64,000 nucleotides of DNA from Camelus ferus (taxonomy: Eukaryota), in NCBI RefSeq assembly GCF_009834535.1, contig NC_045696.1, positions 69,132,001 through 69,196,000 of the forward strand, read 5' to 3'. Numbering within the stretch: the stretch's first letter is position 1; each line of letters starts with the position of its first letter. This document shows positions 33,429 through 46,665 of the stretch, one piece after another. The notes beneath the pieces are model-generated. The model was not told the origin of the DNA. It searched no databases and saw nothing but the letters and a program-made list of their open reading frames with translations. Position numbers and translations under genes: made by a program.

Positions 33429-34740
33429 CTGGAACAAAGAAATACATTTTATGACCTGGTGAAATGGACTATGACTTTTAAAAATACCCTCAAAATGAAA
33501 CTGGACATTTCATTTTTAAATAATGAGAAAATTAAGGTCAGTCTTGGTGATTTTGGGTAGGGGGAACTGCCAGCTGATCATCCAACAGCTTAACCTTCTC
33601 CTGGGACACTGCCAGACTACTTCTGGGCTTCCTCCCTGCTTAGCTGTTACTCTGTGTCACTGAGTTTTAACCATAGCAAGGTGAGCGGAAGTGATGTCAA
33701 ACCAATTCCAAGTGTAGCCCATAAGTCTCTCCCACATGCTATCTGTCCTCCATGCTATTTATCCTTCTGGAGCTTGATACAGATGAGCATGGTGACCAAG
33801 GAAACCATGAGCTGAAGGCAGCAGAGTCTAGGGCCACAATGTAGAAGGAACCGGGGTCTCCAAATCACTCCTGGAGGAAAGCCCCTTACTGATCAGTAAT
33901 TCCTATTTTGAACTTCACATGAATGAGAAATCAATTTCTATCAAGTTGCAGTCAGTATACAATTTTTAGTATATGTATTACAGCAACCAGTGTCACCTTA
34001 ACAAATATAATTCATAAGGTAAATAGACTATTTGCTTTTCAAAACCAGGTGGGTGAAGTTTGACACATTTGGTTAAATGATTAGAAAAAGTTATCTTGGT
34101 CAAATAGTTTACTTCTAAACACTTATATCACACTCCTGTCACTCATGTCATAAAATTTCAGATCAATCAATGAAAATCATCTCAGGATTGTTGAGAATCA
34201 AATGAAAACTGTTATTGTTAAGCCTCTTCTATGGCCATCTTTAAAAGGATCAATTCTGACTCGGCTTAGGTTCTGTGATTCCAGGGAATCCTTCCATGGC
34301 ACCTCTGAGAGCTCCTGTACCATAAGCCCCTTCCTCTCCCCAGCCTCAAATCTCATATCAGTGTTCATTAAAACAAAACAAAGCAGAATGAAACAAATTT
34401 AAAAGCTCTCCTTACATTGCTTCTAAAGTCTTCTGGAGACACACATTCAGAGAGCTACATCTAAGGTATTTTTTTCATAACTTAAAAATTTTTTCAGCGC
34501 CTACAGGAGGGCTTGGAGGCTAGGAAACAATTTGGGGGCAACTTTTCAATTCTGGTGTCAGGACCCCAAAGCGACCCTGATTAAACTGTTTTGTCTATAG
34601 AATCAGGATTACCACGTAGACACCCTGCCCAAGAGATTATAAAGAGGGACATTTGAGGACGGCACATGTTGAACAGTCTTCGTTCTGTAGACAGTGGACA
34701 CCAGGTTTTCCCCCTTGAGCTCCTGGACACAAGCACTTAC

Positions 34741-34851
34741 CGACAGATGTAAGTACCTCACACTACAGTTCTTCCATGACCTCCGGCTGAGCACGTGGCA
34801 GTCCGTCTCCAACACGTCCAGTGTGTAATAGAACAGGCTTCCCAGGTCACC
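34741..34851 (-). CDS. FETUB: Fetuin-B exon 2
   Basis: cag|GGT...TCG|gtaagt; GDLGSLFYYTLDVLETDCHVLSRRSWKNCSVRYLHLS; 111 nt. Confidence 0.96.
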
Positions 34852-35135
34852 CTGTAGGAAGGGGTGGAGAAATGCACAGCCCCCGTGAAGCAGAAACCGC
34901 TAAAGACTGGCCAAAACACTCTGTTTTAAGGTCAAGCCAAAGGCTATGATGTTTGTGAAGATTTCTTATAAATGGTGGGACACTCAGGTTTCAGAGAGGA
35001 TTAACATCAGCACCTGTTTCTGATAACAATAAGAGCGTGTAGCATCCTGGCAGAAGAGAGCCATGAGTATTCAGCGTCCCGTGGCCGCCCCCACAGCTTG
35101 GACAAACACCTGCCCCAGACGGGACTGTCACTTGC

Positions 35136-35360
35136 CTGTCTGTGTTCACGGACATCGCTCACTCGGTTGAGGCTCAGCACATAGCCGTCCTTTCGGTTCC
35201 TGTTGATGTCCTGCAGGACGAAGTTCGCGACTTCCAGCACATACGAGCTGTTGCAGCTGTGGGAGAGGAGAGGCGAGGGGCTGGGGGCTTGCTGGGTTGG
35301 AGGTGCAGCCCGGCAGCACACAACCAGGGCGCAGAGCACCAGGGGTAGGAGGAGACCCAT
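35136..35360 (-). CDS. FETUB: Fetuin-B coding exon 1 (signal peptide and start of cystatin domain 1), GC donor
   Basis: MGLLLPLVLCALVVCCRAAPP...CNSSYVLEVANFVLQDINRNRKDGYVLSLNRVSDVREHRQ|gcaagt; 225 nt; the 7 exons sum to 1128 nt = 375 aa plus stop. Confidence 0.94.
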
Positions 35361-35425
35361 TCTGCGGGGAGCAAGTCCCAGGGGCGGTCAGTGGTCAGTA
35401 CGTGGAGCTGCAGGGACCGAGCTGC

Positions 35426-35582
35426 TTATAAGGCCTCTGAAAGGTCAATTTGAGCAGTTTTATAATCGCAGTCTGAATGGGTGACCAGGATTTGAAAGAC
35501 AATATCCTATTTCATACCCTTGAATTCTAAGTGTGGATTTCCCTGGGTCAGTACTTTGGACAGGATTTGCCAATATTTAACC
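35426..35582 (-). promoter_or_regulatory. FETUB proximal promoter (TATA and HNF1-like site)
   Basis: TTATAA 35426-35431, ~66 nt upstream of the ATG; GGTTAAATATTGGC on minus strand 35569-35582 resembles the HNF1 consensus. Confidence 0.5.
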
Positions 35583-35919
35583 TCAGACCCCTGAGCAATC
35601 TCATACTCACGTGTACATGTAAGCAAATTTAACTTTCCTAATCTTTTCCCAAGAAATCAGAAAAAACACTCGGGCCAAGGCTTCTAGGAGGTCATGTTTG
35701 GATTCTGGTTTGTGTCCCGGGCTCCAGCTGAATCAGAATATGCAGGCTGTCGCGTTCTTTCATCCTCCCCAAGCACCTTGCCTCCAGCTGACATCCTCGG
35801 CCACACTCTGATCCATCTCGGGTTGGTACCCAGAATCTCATGGGTGCTGATGGTGCTCAGGGAGTTCCGACTCCCTGCCTGACCACCCAGGTTAACTATT
35901 CTTGTTAGATCAGAAAAAG

Positions 35920-36051
35920 GGGTGAGAAGGTATAGCTCAAGTGGTAGAGCGCATGCTTAGCATGGATGAGGTCCTAGGTTCAATCCCTAGTACCTCCATA
36001 AAAAACTAACTAAATAAACATAATTACCCACCCCCGCAAAAAAAAAAAAAA
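35920..36051 (+). mobile_element. tRNA-derived SINE (vic-1-like)
   Basis: ggtatagctcaagtggtagagcgcatgcttagcatg...ggttcaatccctagtacctcc; poly-A tail; TSD gaaaaagg. Confidence 0.85.
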
Positions 36052-36432
36052 GGAAAAAGGCTCTAACCCCACCCCAATCAGACTAGAAAGGGTTTTATTT
36101 AGCCTCATTTAGGTTTTTAAAACAAAGAGTTCATTTACATTTTAAAAAAGAATGAATGTATATCAATAGTTCTCGTATCACACTCCAATTCTACCCTTTT
36201 TTTCTGTGGAGTTGCCTGGAAGCAAACTTATTAAGAGACTAAAATCTAACACTGTCGTTAAGAGATAGATAATGACTGGAAGGTGAGCTGGGATACAGGA
36301 AAACACTAACTGAGACTTGCTTTTCTCTTTTAGCTTCTGCTTGGAGTTCTACTTGGAAGTTACTACCAACTGAAAGTGTACAAAGCACAACTGTCTTTTC
36401 AAAATTTTTATTTAAAGAACACATACACAGCA

Positions 36433-36550
36433 GGGTGGGGGTATAGCTCAGAAGTAGAGCAATTGCTTAGCATGTGCAAGGTCCTGCGTTCAATCCCCAG
36501 TACCTCCATCAAAAAAATAGTAAATAACTAAATAAATAAAAAAACACACA
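36433..36550 (+). mobile_element. tRNA-derived SINE (vic-1-like)
   Basis: gggtatagctcagaagtagag...gttcaatccccagtacctcc plus A-rich tail. Confidence 0.85.
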
Positions 36551-39500
36551 CACATCAGAGATAGTTTGTCACAAGAAAAAAGAGCCAGCACTGGTGGGAA
36601 GCGTCTAGATTAGGGCATCACAGAAGGTATTTCATAGAAACCCAGTCTGTGAGATGGCTCCCCACGCGTCTCTCCACCCAGCCCCACCCCCCACTTCCCA
36701 CCCTGGTCCTCTGTGTTCTGTGCTCGAATAAGTTTAGGACCTGCTGCAAAGAAAACAAGAAAAAGACATAGAGGCGACATGAAGCAAATGTGGCAGCATC
36801 CCGGGAATTGCTGAATCTGTGTGGAGCATGTGGAGTTTCATAGGGCCGTTCTCTACTTTTGTGTGCCCTTGAAAACTTTTATAGTGAAAAAATTTTAGAA
36901 AAAAGACAAGTTTTTCATCCATTTTCCCTCTTCACACTTCAGCATGCCTCACTAAAACATAAGTAGCAGCATTTTAAGAACATGATCATTGGCGAAATTA
37001 GGGAAGATATTTCCTAATGTTGCTCCTCATTGGAAACAATGCCTAACGCTTATCTCTAAGGAGCTGGGATCATTAGTTTGTAAATCAAGCCTTGAAAATT
37101 GATTATTTGCTTGCAGAAATTAGGGGCTGTATATTATTAATCTAATTAGTCTTATTAACCCTTGACTCCAGAGAGCCTAACAGCGTCCCTGGCATTGTGG
37201 AACTGTTCAGTAAGTGCCCGTGGAGTTTCAAGTAACTACCATGATTATACCTATAACAGCAGCTACCACCGGGTGCCACGTGTGGGCTGAGCCCTCCATG
37301 TACAGAATCTCCTATGAGGCAGGCGCTGTGATTAGCCCATTTTACAGATCTGGCTACTGAGGCTTACTTTGGTTAACTGACTTTCCAAGTTCATTCAATT
37401 GGTAATTAAAAGAGTTACACTTAGGCTACTGCAATGTTTGCTCTGATGAAAAGGATTCTCAACTAGAAGCTTTCTGCAACATTAGGAAAATGGGTCTCAA
37501 AACCAGAAATGGGTATGGAAACTAGATGTCAAATTCTGGGGTACAATAAAAATTTACTTACAGCCAGCGAGTGCACAAACAGTCCCAGGGCTCGGATGAG
37601 GAACAGGAAAAGGTTGAGAGGATGAAGGAGGCAGAACAGGAAAGGGGGCACCAACAGGGGAGACAGCCTGAGGCCCGAGCCAATGCATTAGATGTGCACA
37701 CATTTAGGCCATCACTGCAATGGAAAGGAGAGACAGGACTCAAACAGGTTAAAAGAGGATTAAACTCTGACCAAAGAGGAAAGCAACTTTGACTCAGATG
37801 TCCTGGTCCAGCCCTTAGCTGTGTGACCATGGGTGAGTGGCACAAGCCTTCTAAAGCCCAGGTTCCTCAACAGTGAAACCGGGTATCGAACCAGGGGATT
37901 GTTGAGAGCCATCAGCTCCGCCGTGAAGGACCACAGCCCGTCTCTTTACCTGACATGGTTCCCTTTTCCAGGAGAGATCGCTCCTGGGATCCGATAAGAT
38001 GGAACTTGTTTACCATGGCCCAGGGATCTCGGTTTCCATCCAGTTTCAAACAACCTGAGCCCAGCTTCCTTCTACATTGTGGAGTGTGTCGGCAGGGGGA
38101 AGAGGTCCGTCTTTGGAGTCAGACAGACCTTGGTTTAAATTCCATTTCTGCCGTTTCCTCCATAGAGGGCCTGAGACCGTGGGCGTGTGCTGTAACATTT
38201 AGTTTCCTTGCCCCTAAGACAACAGCACCCCTAGAGGTCTGTACGTGCACGCGCTCGCACACACACAGAGTTGTACCCACTTGTACAAAGAGGGGAACAT
38301 ATTTCGTCTTTCTCCAGAGCCCCACCCCAGGGACACTTATGTTTGGTCCCCATCACATGTGTGGATGATTTTAGGATCAACACAGAGACTGAGTTTCAGC
38401 ACAGGAGTGAAAAACAAAGCTGTGGAGACATCAGCCCGGGTTTGAATCCCGGCTCTGGTGTAGGGTCATCATCTAACCCAGTGCTTTCCAGAAAAACATA
38501 CTACAAGTCCCATGTTTCAATTTTCTAAGTAGCCACATTTAGAAAGCTAAAAAGAAACATGAGATTTATTTTAATGCTTTACTTAACCCCATAGATTCAA
38601 CATACGATCGTTTCAATCTGTAATTAAGAAAACCTTACGAGATCGTTTTTGCTCTTTGTTTCACACCGCAGCTCACCTCACTTAAGGTGCTCAACTATTG
38701 CCGGTGGCCACCTGACTAGATGGCACAGGCTCCTTCCTCCCTGTCCAAGGAAGGTGGCAGGAGCTGCCGTTTCTCGAGGTCTCGGTGAGGACTGGTCCAG
38801 GGGAAGCTCCTGCAAGATGCTTGGCACAGCCCTGGTGCAAAGGACACGCGGGACAACGTCTGCTGTCAGCTGTGACGGTTCCTGTGGTCCTCACCTTGTC
38901 TTACACAGCGCAGACCCCGTGCTGCTCTGCTGCCCTTTCCCCAGCCCTCCTGAATGGAATCACCACCAGGTGGGCCAGCTGAGGAGAAACAGAGCTGATC
39001 ATTCCTGAGCCAGGAGGGGGCAGCTCAGCCTCCTGACAATGGTGTGATTCGGGGCAGGCATTTAGGATTGTTGATTTTAGACTAGGAGAGGCCACTGGGT
39101 GAGGTATTGTTTGCCGCAGCTGGGAGAGGCACAGGGCAGGGGGTTCCGGGGATTAGGCCTCTGGGGGGTTAGAAGTACCAAGTCTTGACCCAGGAGGGCA
39201 GGTTGTGACTCAGGAAAAGTGCAGCAGCCCCAGCTCCAAAATGTCAGGTTGGCGCTGCCCTCATTAAAGATGATCTCTGCAGCTGGCTGGTCTGTTTCTC
39301 TCCTCTTTTTTCCTTCTGTCATCTCCTCTTCCTTCCACAAATACTGAATGAACATTTACTCCATTGGCTATCAAGGCCTGGCATTATACATACTAAATAA
39401 CACTGACGCGTTCTCCGTGCGTGCCCAGCCCTGTGCTAAACATGCTGTGCTCCTCCTCTCACTTAAGGTCCACGACCAACCCACTGCTGGAGGTACCATT

Positions 39501-41319
39501 ATTATTCCCCTTATTCAAATGAGGACAACTGAGGAACAGAGAGGTTAAGCAGCTTGGCCCTGGTCTTTCAGTGTGGTTGTACATCTGCCAGTATAGCTTC
39601 AGAGAGGAAGGCACAGTTCTTCTCCTCAGCGGAGGGGGTGGGGGAACTAGGCCTGCTGGGGCAGTCAAGAAAGGCTTCCCAGAGGAGGTGACATTCTGGC
39701 TGGGGCCTGAAGGATGAATAGGAGTATGTCTGATGGGCTAAGTAGAGAGGGTGTCCAAGGAAGTGGGACAGGAGCAGTAAAAGTAAAGAATGTGAATTAT
39801 GTAGTTTATCTTCTATGTTCTTCCCAACCTTTCAGCTGCCTCCTCTATAACTGAATGGTATTTGTTGCTCCCAACCCACCCAGTGGCCTCAGGCCACCTG
39901 TTGGCAGTTTGTCTCCCAAAGTCCCCTACCTTTGGAACCTCTCTCTCCCCCTTACTTTTCTCATCCACATGTAGGCAATGTATGACAAAATTCAGAAGGT
40001 TTAGAGCTCATCTTTTAGTATCAAAATATTCTTGGGGCAAATCAGCCTTACAAGATCAACAGTGTGATTTCCCCCAAGAACCCCTATATAGTGTTGTGGC
40101 CAAGAGCACAGACTCTGGGCTCAAACCTGCTTGAGTGCAATCCCGGCTCTACCACTCGTCCACTGTGTGGCCATTGATAAACTGAGACCACAGTTAACCC
40201 AAAAGATGGATGTGAGGGTCAAGTGGGATCCCACACACAAATAAAGTACCTGGCACATAGCTGGCCCTTAGCACTTCACCAAAGAGACTCTAAAAGATAG
40301 GAAGGGGCCCTAAGGGAAGGCAGGTGGGATCTCCAAACCCACATCTCATGCTCACCATCGTGAAGAAGGTTGGAGGCAGCAGTGCTGGTTTATAAAGAGA
40401 TGTCAGGGATGTCCCAACTTTGCAGGGCGCACTCTCAGGCCTTTCTGAGCACCCTGGGTCACTCAGGCTAACTCACATGGACCCTATACACAAGCAACTG
40501 ATGTATAAACCAGATGCGTATGGTTAATCTACACAGGAGAGGGATGCCTCCCTGGCCGTCTCCCCAGCAGGCTGGACAAACACTGCCAAGTCCTTCCTCT
40601 CTGATCATCCTTTTATATCCTGCAAACAGACTGTATTGTCACTTGAGAATGCCAGGCAACAATACACATGGCTGAGCTGCAGTCTTTGTTAGCTGCTTTC
40701 CAGTGCTGGGCATACACCCTGGTTCCCAAATTAGAGGTGCAGTCCTAGGCAGAAGGCTAAAGTTTAATTAGGGACAGCCTCTTTCTGAGGAGCTGCCATC
40801 ATCTTGCTCAGACCTGGACTCTTCCCAAGCTGCCTTGCCAACACCTTTACAAGCCAAACGGGAGGACACAGCCTCCCGTTGTGCCGATGGCTTCCTTCAC
40901 CAGAGGTGCTGGTTTCACTCCCAGTGGGTGGATATATTGCTGAATTCCACCGTGACCAGTACTGCCCACTCCCTGACCAGGGAAGGGAAGGGGATTCACA
41001 CTACCACATGCCAGCACTGCTGAGTGTGAGGTGCTTACACTCAGTCCTCATAAAGCCTTGTTGGAAGGTATCTTCACCCCCATTTGATGACTGGGGCACT
41101 CCAAAGCTTGTGTCCTTTCCAATACTGCGGGTGTGGTAACATTGGCCAAATTAACAGAACCAGAACTTGATTTCATGACTCCTTCTCACGGAGAGGCTGC
41201 CACTCTGACACATTTTCCTTCAGTAGATGCTCGGCTATGATTTAGTTGCTTCTTTTCTGGGTTTGGTCTGCATGTTGGAGGTTGAGGCGATTTTGATGAA
41301 GAAATAAAAGGATAAGGGT

Positions 41320-41655
41320 TGGAAGGTGGGGGAAGTAAGTGATGGTGGTCAAAGGGTACAAACTTCTGGTTATAGGATGAGTAAGTTGTAAGGCTCTAAT
41401 GCACAGCATGGCAACTATTAGTTACCCGTGCTGTGTTTATACCTGCAAGTTGCTAAGAAAGTAGATCTTAAATGTTCTTACCACACACACAAAAGGGAAA
41501 AAATGGTAAGATGTGAGGTGATGGATGTGTTAACTGACCTCATTGTGGTAATCATTTTGCAATATATGCATATATCAAACCATCATTTTATACACCTTAA
41601 ATGTACACAATGTTTTATGTCAATTATATCACAATAAAGCTGGAAAGAAGAAAAA
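41320..41655 (+). mobile_element. L1 (L1MA-type) 3' end fragment
   Basis: caaagggtacaaacttc...gttgctaagaaagtagatcttaaatgttct...caataaagctgg. Confidence 0.75.
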
Positions 41656-42009
41656 GATATGGGACTGTCAATGTTGAGTCGAGCAAGGAGGAGGTGTGTT
41701 CAATGGGAGGTCTCACCAAATCCTATTGAAGGGAGGCATATTAGTCATTAAAGACAATTCTAAAGATTAATGAGACAAAAACATATTACTCAAAATTGCT
41801 AGTACTATTTTTGGAATATTCCTTTTTGTAAAGTTTTGACTTCTGGAATCCTTGTTCATGTTTTCCCTAGGCAAAACAATAAAATTAATTCAATAAAGAT
41901 AGAGGGGAGGAACTAAAATTGAATACAAACCAAAACAAATGAGTCTGTGTTTCAAATAAATACCACAGTGAAAGAGAAAAAAAGAGAACTAACTCAAGTA
42001 ACTTTGAAT

Positions 42010-42168
42010 CTTTTTTTTTCTTTAATCTTCTATTTATTTATTTATGTTGGTTGGGAGGTAGTTAGGTTTATTTGTCTGTTTATTTTTTTTAATGGAGGTA
42101 CTAGAGATCAAACCCAAGACACTGTGCATGCTAAACATGTGCTCTACCACTGAGCTATACCCACCCTT
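42010..42168 (-). mobile_element. tRNA-derived SINE (vic-1-like)
   Basis: ggaggtactagagatcaaaccc...ctctaccactgagctataccc; TSD gtaactttgaat/gtaacttttgaat. Confidence 0.85.
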
Positions 42169-42917
42169 CTCGGGTAACTTTTGAATGCAATTCTTTGATG
42201 ATATATTATCAGTCTAAAGAAAAAAGAAATGCAAACAAATTTCGAACTCTCTTTAGTAGGTTTGTTTTTCCGGAGTGGAAAGGGTGTTGCAATTCCTGAA
42301 ATGATTTTTCTGAGCAAATGATACTGCTGTTCTGCTCTTGGGAAACCCGGGTTCTCACTGGGTAAGTCAGCGAGAATGGGGGAAGACAAGGAAAATGCTC
42401 TGAGTCTGGGCTGGTACTAGAGGTGACAGAATAAATTCATAACTTTACGTAGGTAGCACAAGTGAGAGTGGAACCATATGAAAGTATTCTTCTTTCTCAG
42501 TTTGTCCACTGCAAAGGCCCAGAAGAAGGGCACTTGGGAACCAGGAGCCTAGCCAGCGCTCAGATCTTTGTTTCTAAATCCTGTTCCCCATGAAAAGCAA
42601 GCAAAGCTCCTTGAAGAAGTGACTGATTCTAGAGAAAGAAAAAGTACAAGATGGTCTTGTGCCAAAAAGGAAGCAAGCCCTGAAAGAATGTTAAGTTCAC
42701 ATAAAAAGGAACCACCTAAAGGAAATCCATTGCCAAATCTGGGACAACCTAAGCATCAAAATGAATAATAATAGGAGTGAATTACAATGTATTGAATAAA
42801 ATCATGACCCATGAGTCCTTACTGGTACTAAGGAAGAAGGTAAAACTTTTGTTTACAATAAAATGCCAATTACTAAACATAGATGAAATGACACAGTTTG
42901 AAAATCAACATTGAAGC

Positions 42918-43070
42918 AGGAAGGGTATAGCTAAGTGGTAGAGCACATGCCTAGCATGCACAGGGTCCTGGGTTCAATCCCCAGTGCCACCATTAAAATA
43001 AGTAAATAAATAAATAAACCTAATTACTGCCACACCAACATAAATAAATGAAGATGAAAATGTTAAAAAG
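42918..43070 (+). mobile_element. tRNA-derived SINE (vic-1-like) nested in old L1 sequence
   Basis: gggtatagctaagtggtagagcacatgcctagcatgcacagggtcctgggttcaatcccc; TSD aaaatcaacattg/aaaatcaaaattg. Confidence 0.85.
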
Positions 43071-43868
43071 AAAATCAAAATTGTAATACAATCATTGTAA
43101 TAACTAGTTGAGGCTAGAATCATCAATCTATATTAGAACTGTGGAGTGAGAATTTTATATGGAACATACAGATTCAAAGTATCTCCTCAAAGGCTACTTA
43201 TTAAGTATCAACTACTTATTAATTATAAATGGGGAAACTATAATTATACAAGCAGAGAAACCTGGAAGGCACCACCTTAAACCAAATAATCAAAATTAAC
43301 ATCACCAACCCCGGGACAGACATACCACGTGTTTCCTGATGGGATGCACTGAGCACATGGCATTCCTGGGGCGTGTGGGGGAGCATAACCTAAATCTAAT
43401 CACAAGGAAAGATGAGACACACTCAGGTTGAAAGGCATTCAAAAGGCATTCTACAGAACAACTAGCTTGTACTCTTCCAAAATGGCAGCTCATGAAAGAC
43501 AAAGGCTGAAGAACTGTTCTAGACTAAAGGAGGTTAAAAAGACTTAATGACTACCTACAGTGTGTGATTCCAGTTTGATTCTGGATTGAATCTCAGGATA
43601 AGGAGGAACGACTGATCTAAAAAACACCATTGGGACAGTTAGCAAATTTTGCATATGGAATGTAAATTTTATAATAGTATATGTATTAAATTTTCTCAAT
43701 TTGATAGCTATACTGCTGTGATTATGTAAGAAAATGTGCTTGTTCTTAGGAAATAGACCTGAAATATTTAGGGATAAAAAGAAAAGTGATGATCTCTGTA
43801 ACTTATTCTCAAATGATTCAGAAAAAAAAATGTTTATGTGAATATGTGTGTGTGAGTGTTTGTGAATA

Positions 43869-43907
<39 letters not shown>

Positions 43908-44117
43908 AAAGAGAAAGAGAAAGACACAGAGACAGAATGTGACAAAAAGTCAACTATCGGTTAATCTGGACAGAGTCCATGAAAGTTCTTTGTACTACCA
44001 TAATGCAGTAATTTTGAAGATAATCAAAATTAAAAGTTACAAATACTATAAAGATTAAAATTTGCTACTTTTATAAAAACCAGATAATGATTAAGAAGCA
44101 GGAAGTTTTTAAAAAAT

Positions 44118-44265
44118 TCTTATTTTCTATTGAATTGTAGTCAATTTACAATGTTAGTTTCAGGTGTACAGCAAAGCAGTTCAGTTATACCTATACATAC
44201 ATACATATATAGTTTTTTCAGTCTTTTCCATTATGGCTCATCACAAGCAATTGAATATAGTTCCC
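44118..44265 (-). mobile_element. Short L1 3'-end insertion
   Basis: tattgaattgtagtcaatttacaatgttagtttcaggtgtacagcaaag...; flanking TSD-like aagaagcag on both sides. Confidence 0.7.
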
Positions 44266-44312
44266 AAGAAGCAGAAAATTATTAATAACATTATTTACCG
44301 TAAATGCTGAAA

Positions 44313-44685
44313 TGCTATGGACTGAATATGTCCCCCCAAAATCAATATGTTGAAGACCCAATCCCCAATGTGATAGTATTTGGAGGTGAGGCCTGCGGGA
44401 GGTAATTGGGTTTGGATGATATCATGGGATGGAGCCCTCATGATGAGACTGGTGCCCTTATGAGAGGAAGAGACCAGAGCTCTTTCTATCCATCATGTGA
44501 GGACACAGCAGGAAGGCAACCGTCTACAGCCAGGAAGCGTCCTCATCAAGAACCCAGCCAGGCTGGCACCCTGACTTTGAACTTCTAGCCAAGGACTTAG
44601 AACTTCCAGAACTGTGAGAAATAAATTCCTGTGGTTTAAGCCACTCAGTCTATGGTATTTGTTATAGCAGCCCAAGTTGACTATG
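44313..44685 (+). mobile_element. MaLR solo LTR (MLT1A/B-like)
   Basis: tgctatggactgaatatgtcccccc...ccagaactgtgagaaataaattcctgtggtttaagccactcagtctatggtatttgttatagcagccc. Confidence 0.85.
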
Positions 44686-46119
44686 TGCCAAATAACAGGA
44701 ATCCTTAAATGTAAAGTCACCTCTCAATGAGAAGATTTAAGTTTGGGGCCAAATGCTTATAGCTTGAGGCGTTTCTAACAACATAGATTCCAAAAGTGCC
44801 AATTCACACTCCCAGTAGATTGTCTGAGTGCATGTGTTCGTTTTTCTATTAAGTGACCCACCACACAGGTGATCCCCACACCAGTTCTGGAACCCTGCGT
44901 CAGTGAGGCCTGATGCGGTGCTTGTGCGGAACCAGTCTTCATCTCTGAGCCTTCCTGTCTTCCGTTACTCTTGATAATCTCTGCCTCATACTCTTCAGAT
45001 CCTAAATCTCCAAGGAGGGAACACTTCAGCAGGACTGAACCCAGGACTGAATCACTGGTTGATTTCCTTAGTTCGCCCATTCATCCAACATGCAGGGCTC
45101 TGTGACGGGCCTCAGCCAGCAGCTGACAGGGGACATGGGCGGAGCAGGGCCAGAAATGGCTGCAGAGGCGGGATTTGGGGAGAGTGTGAGGAAGGAGCAC
45201 CATGAAAGAGATGTACTGAGAGGAGGTGTCGGTTTGAGGGAAAGATAGGAAAGAGATAAGGAGCTTAATTTTGGAATAAGTATTGGGTTTAACATACTGG
45301 CAGGGTACCCAGGTGGTGTTTACCAGATAGCACTTGTTCAGTAACTGTTTGCCAAGCATGTGAGAGAGGCCAGGGCTGGAAGGTAGCCTCTCAGAGTTGA
45401 CAGTAGGAGACCCGAGGATGGATAAGGCCACCAGGGCTGAGCTCAGGGACAGAGTCCAGGACAGAATTAATAGACTAGCTCTATTGGGATTGTAGAGATG
45501 GACTGTCAGAATTCCACTACATTTCTGTAATTTTCTACAGGGAAACACTCATTCCTTTATAAGATGGACTCTGTCCTTTATAAGGTGGCATCTCATCTTT
45601 CTCATAGAAGTTGGCAGCATTTACTCTCCCAGGGCCAGGGAGCCCAAGAGCACGGGGAATAAAAGTAAAGCTATGAAGCTGGCATTTGCTTTATTCAGTT
45701 GGTGCTATTACAAGAGCCCTCCCACACCAATCACTAATCCCACACTAAGGAAACTGAGGAAACAACCCACAGCGGGATTCAGGCCTTGGGTGGGGGGGGA
45801 GTGTCCAACAGACGGAGGGGTTGGGGGGATCGAGGGGTGGGGGGGATGTTTCAGTTTGGTTCAAACAGCTTTAGAAGATGGTTGTTGGCTTTCCGTTCGT
45901 CATCCTCCTGCTGAGCATCTCTATATATCAGATACTAAATAGCAGGGAGACTGAGATATGAACTAGACAGAGTTCCAACTCAAAAAGTACAGAGAGCCTA
46001 GAGGAGAAGGGATGTTCGTAAGGAGAAGATACAATATGGTGTGTATGTCTGTGTGTGTGTGTGACCAGTGATCCTCTGGTCACAACATTTTTATCAACTG
46101 ATCAATAATAATACATAAC

Positions 46120-46570
46120 CCTGTTTTATATGTTTCTGTTCAAAAACATATCTTATTTAATATTTACTGTTACTTCGGTAACATTGAATTTACCAGACAC
46201 AGTAACTTATACCTGAACGAAGCTGGTCTCACACATGCATTTTCAGCCTCCTTGTTCACTTCAGCACCATGCCTGGGGGCCATTTTAAACAGCGAAATTC
46301 ACCGACAAAACCCACAAAATTGTGAAAAACGCGGCACTAAATAAACTGCAAAAAATACACTTGTTTACAGCATCAGAGCGGAAACTAGAAGCGGGGTGCC
46401 GCCATGTTTGACTTCAGCTGGGAACGCAAGCGGCTGCCTCCCGGGACTCTACTTTCCCAGCACTCTGTGCGTGGCTCTGCTGAAGTAACAGGAGTGTAGA
46501 TTGGGGATTAGTAATGAGTAGCAGCAAGTAGGTGAACTCACAAATACGGAATCCGCAGATAATGCAGACT

Positions 46571-46571
<1 letters not shown>
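46120..46571. mobile_element. TcMar-Tigger-like DNA transposon fragment
   Basis: Ends in caaatacggaatccgcagataatgcagactg (Tigger-like terminus); internal gggggccattttaaacagcgaaattcacc. Confidence 0.55.

Positions 46572-46663
<92 letters not shown>
46572..46663. repeat. Perfect (AC)46 microsatellite
   Basis: 92 nt of uninterrupted AC. Confidence 0.97.

Positions 46664-46665
<2 letters not shown>

Larger units (their letters stand above)
41700..44060 (+). mobile_element. Old fragmented L1 (L1MC-like) 3'-UTR sequence with an internal (TG)n at ~43846-43905
   Basis: e.g. gagaaacctggaaggcaccaccttaaccaaataatcaaaattaacatcacc, aacctaaatctaatcacaaggaaa; boundaries approximate. Confidence 0.55.
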
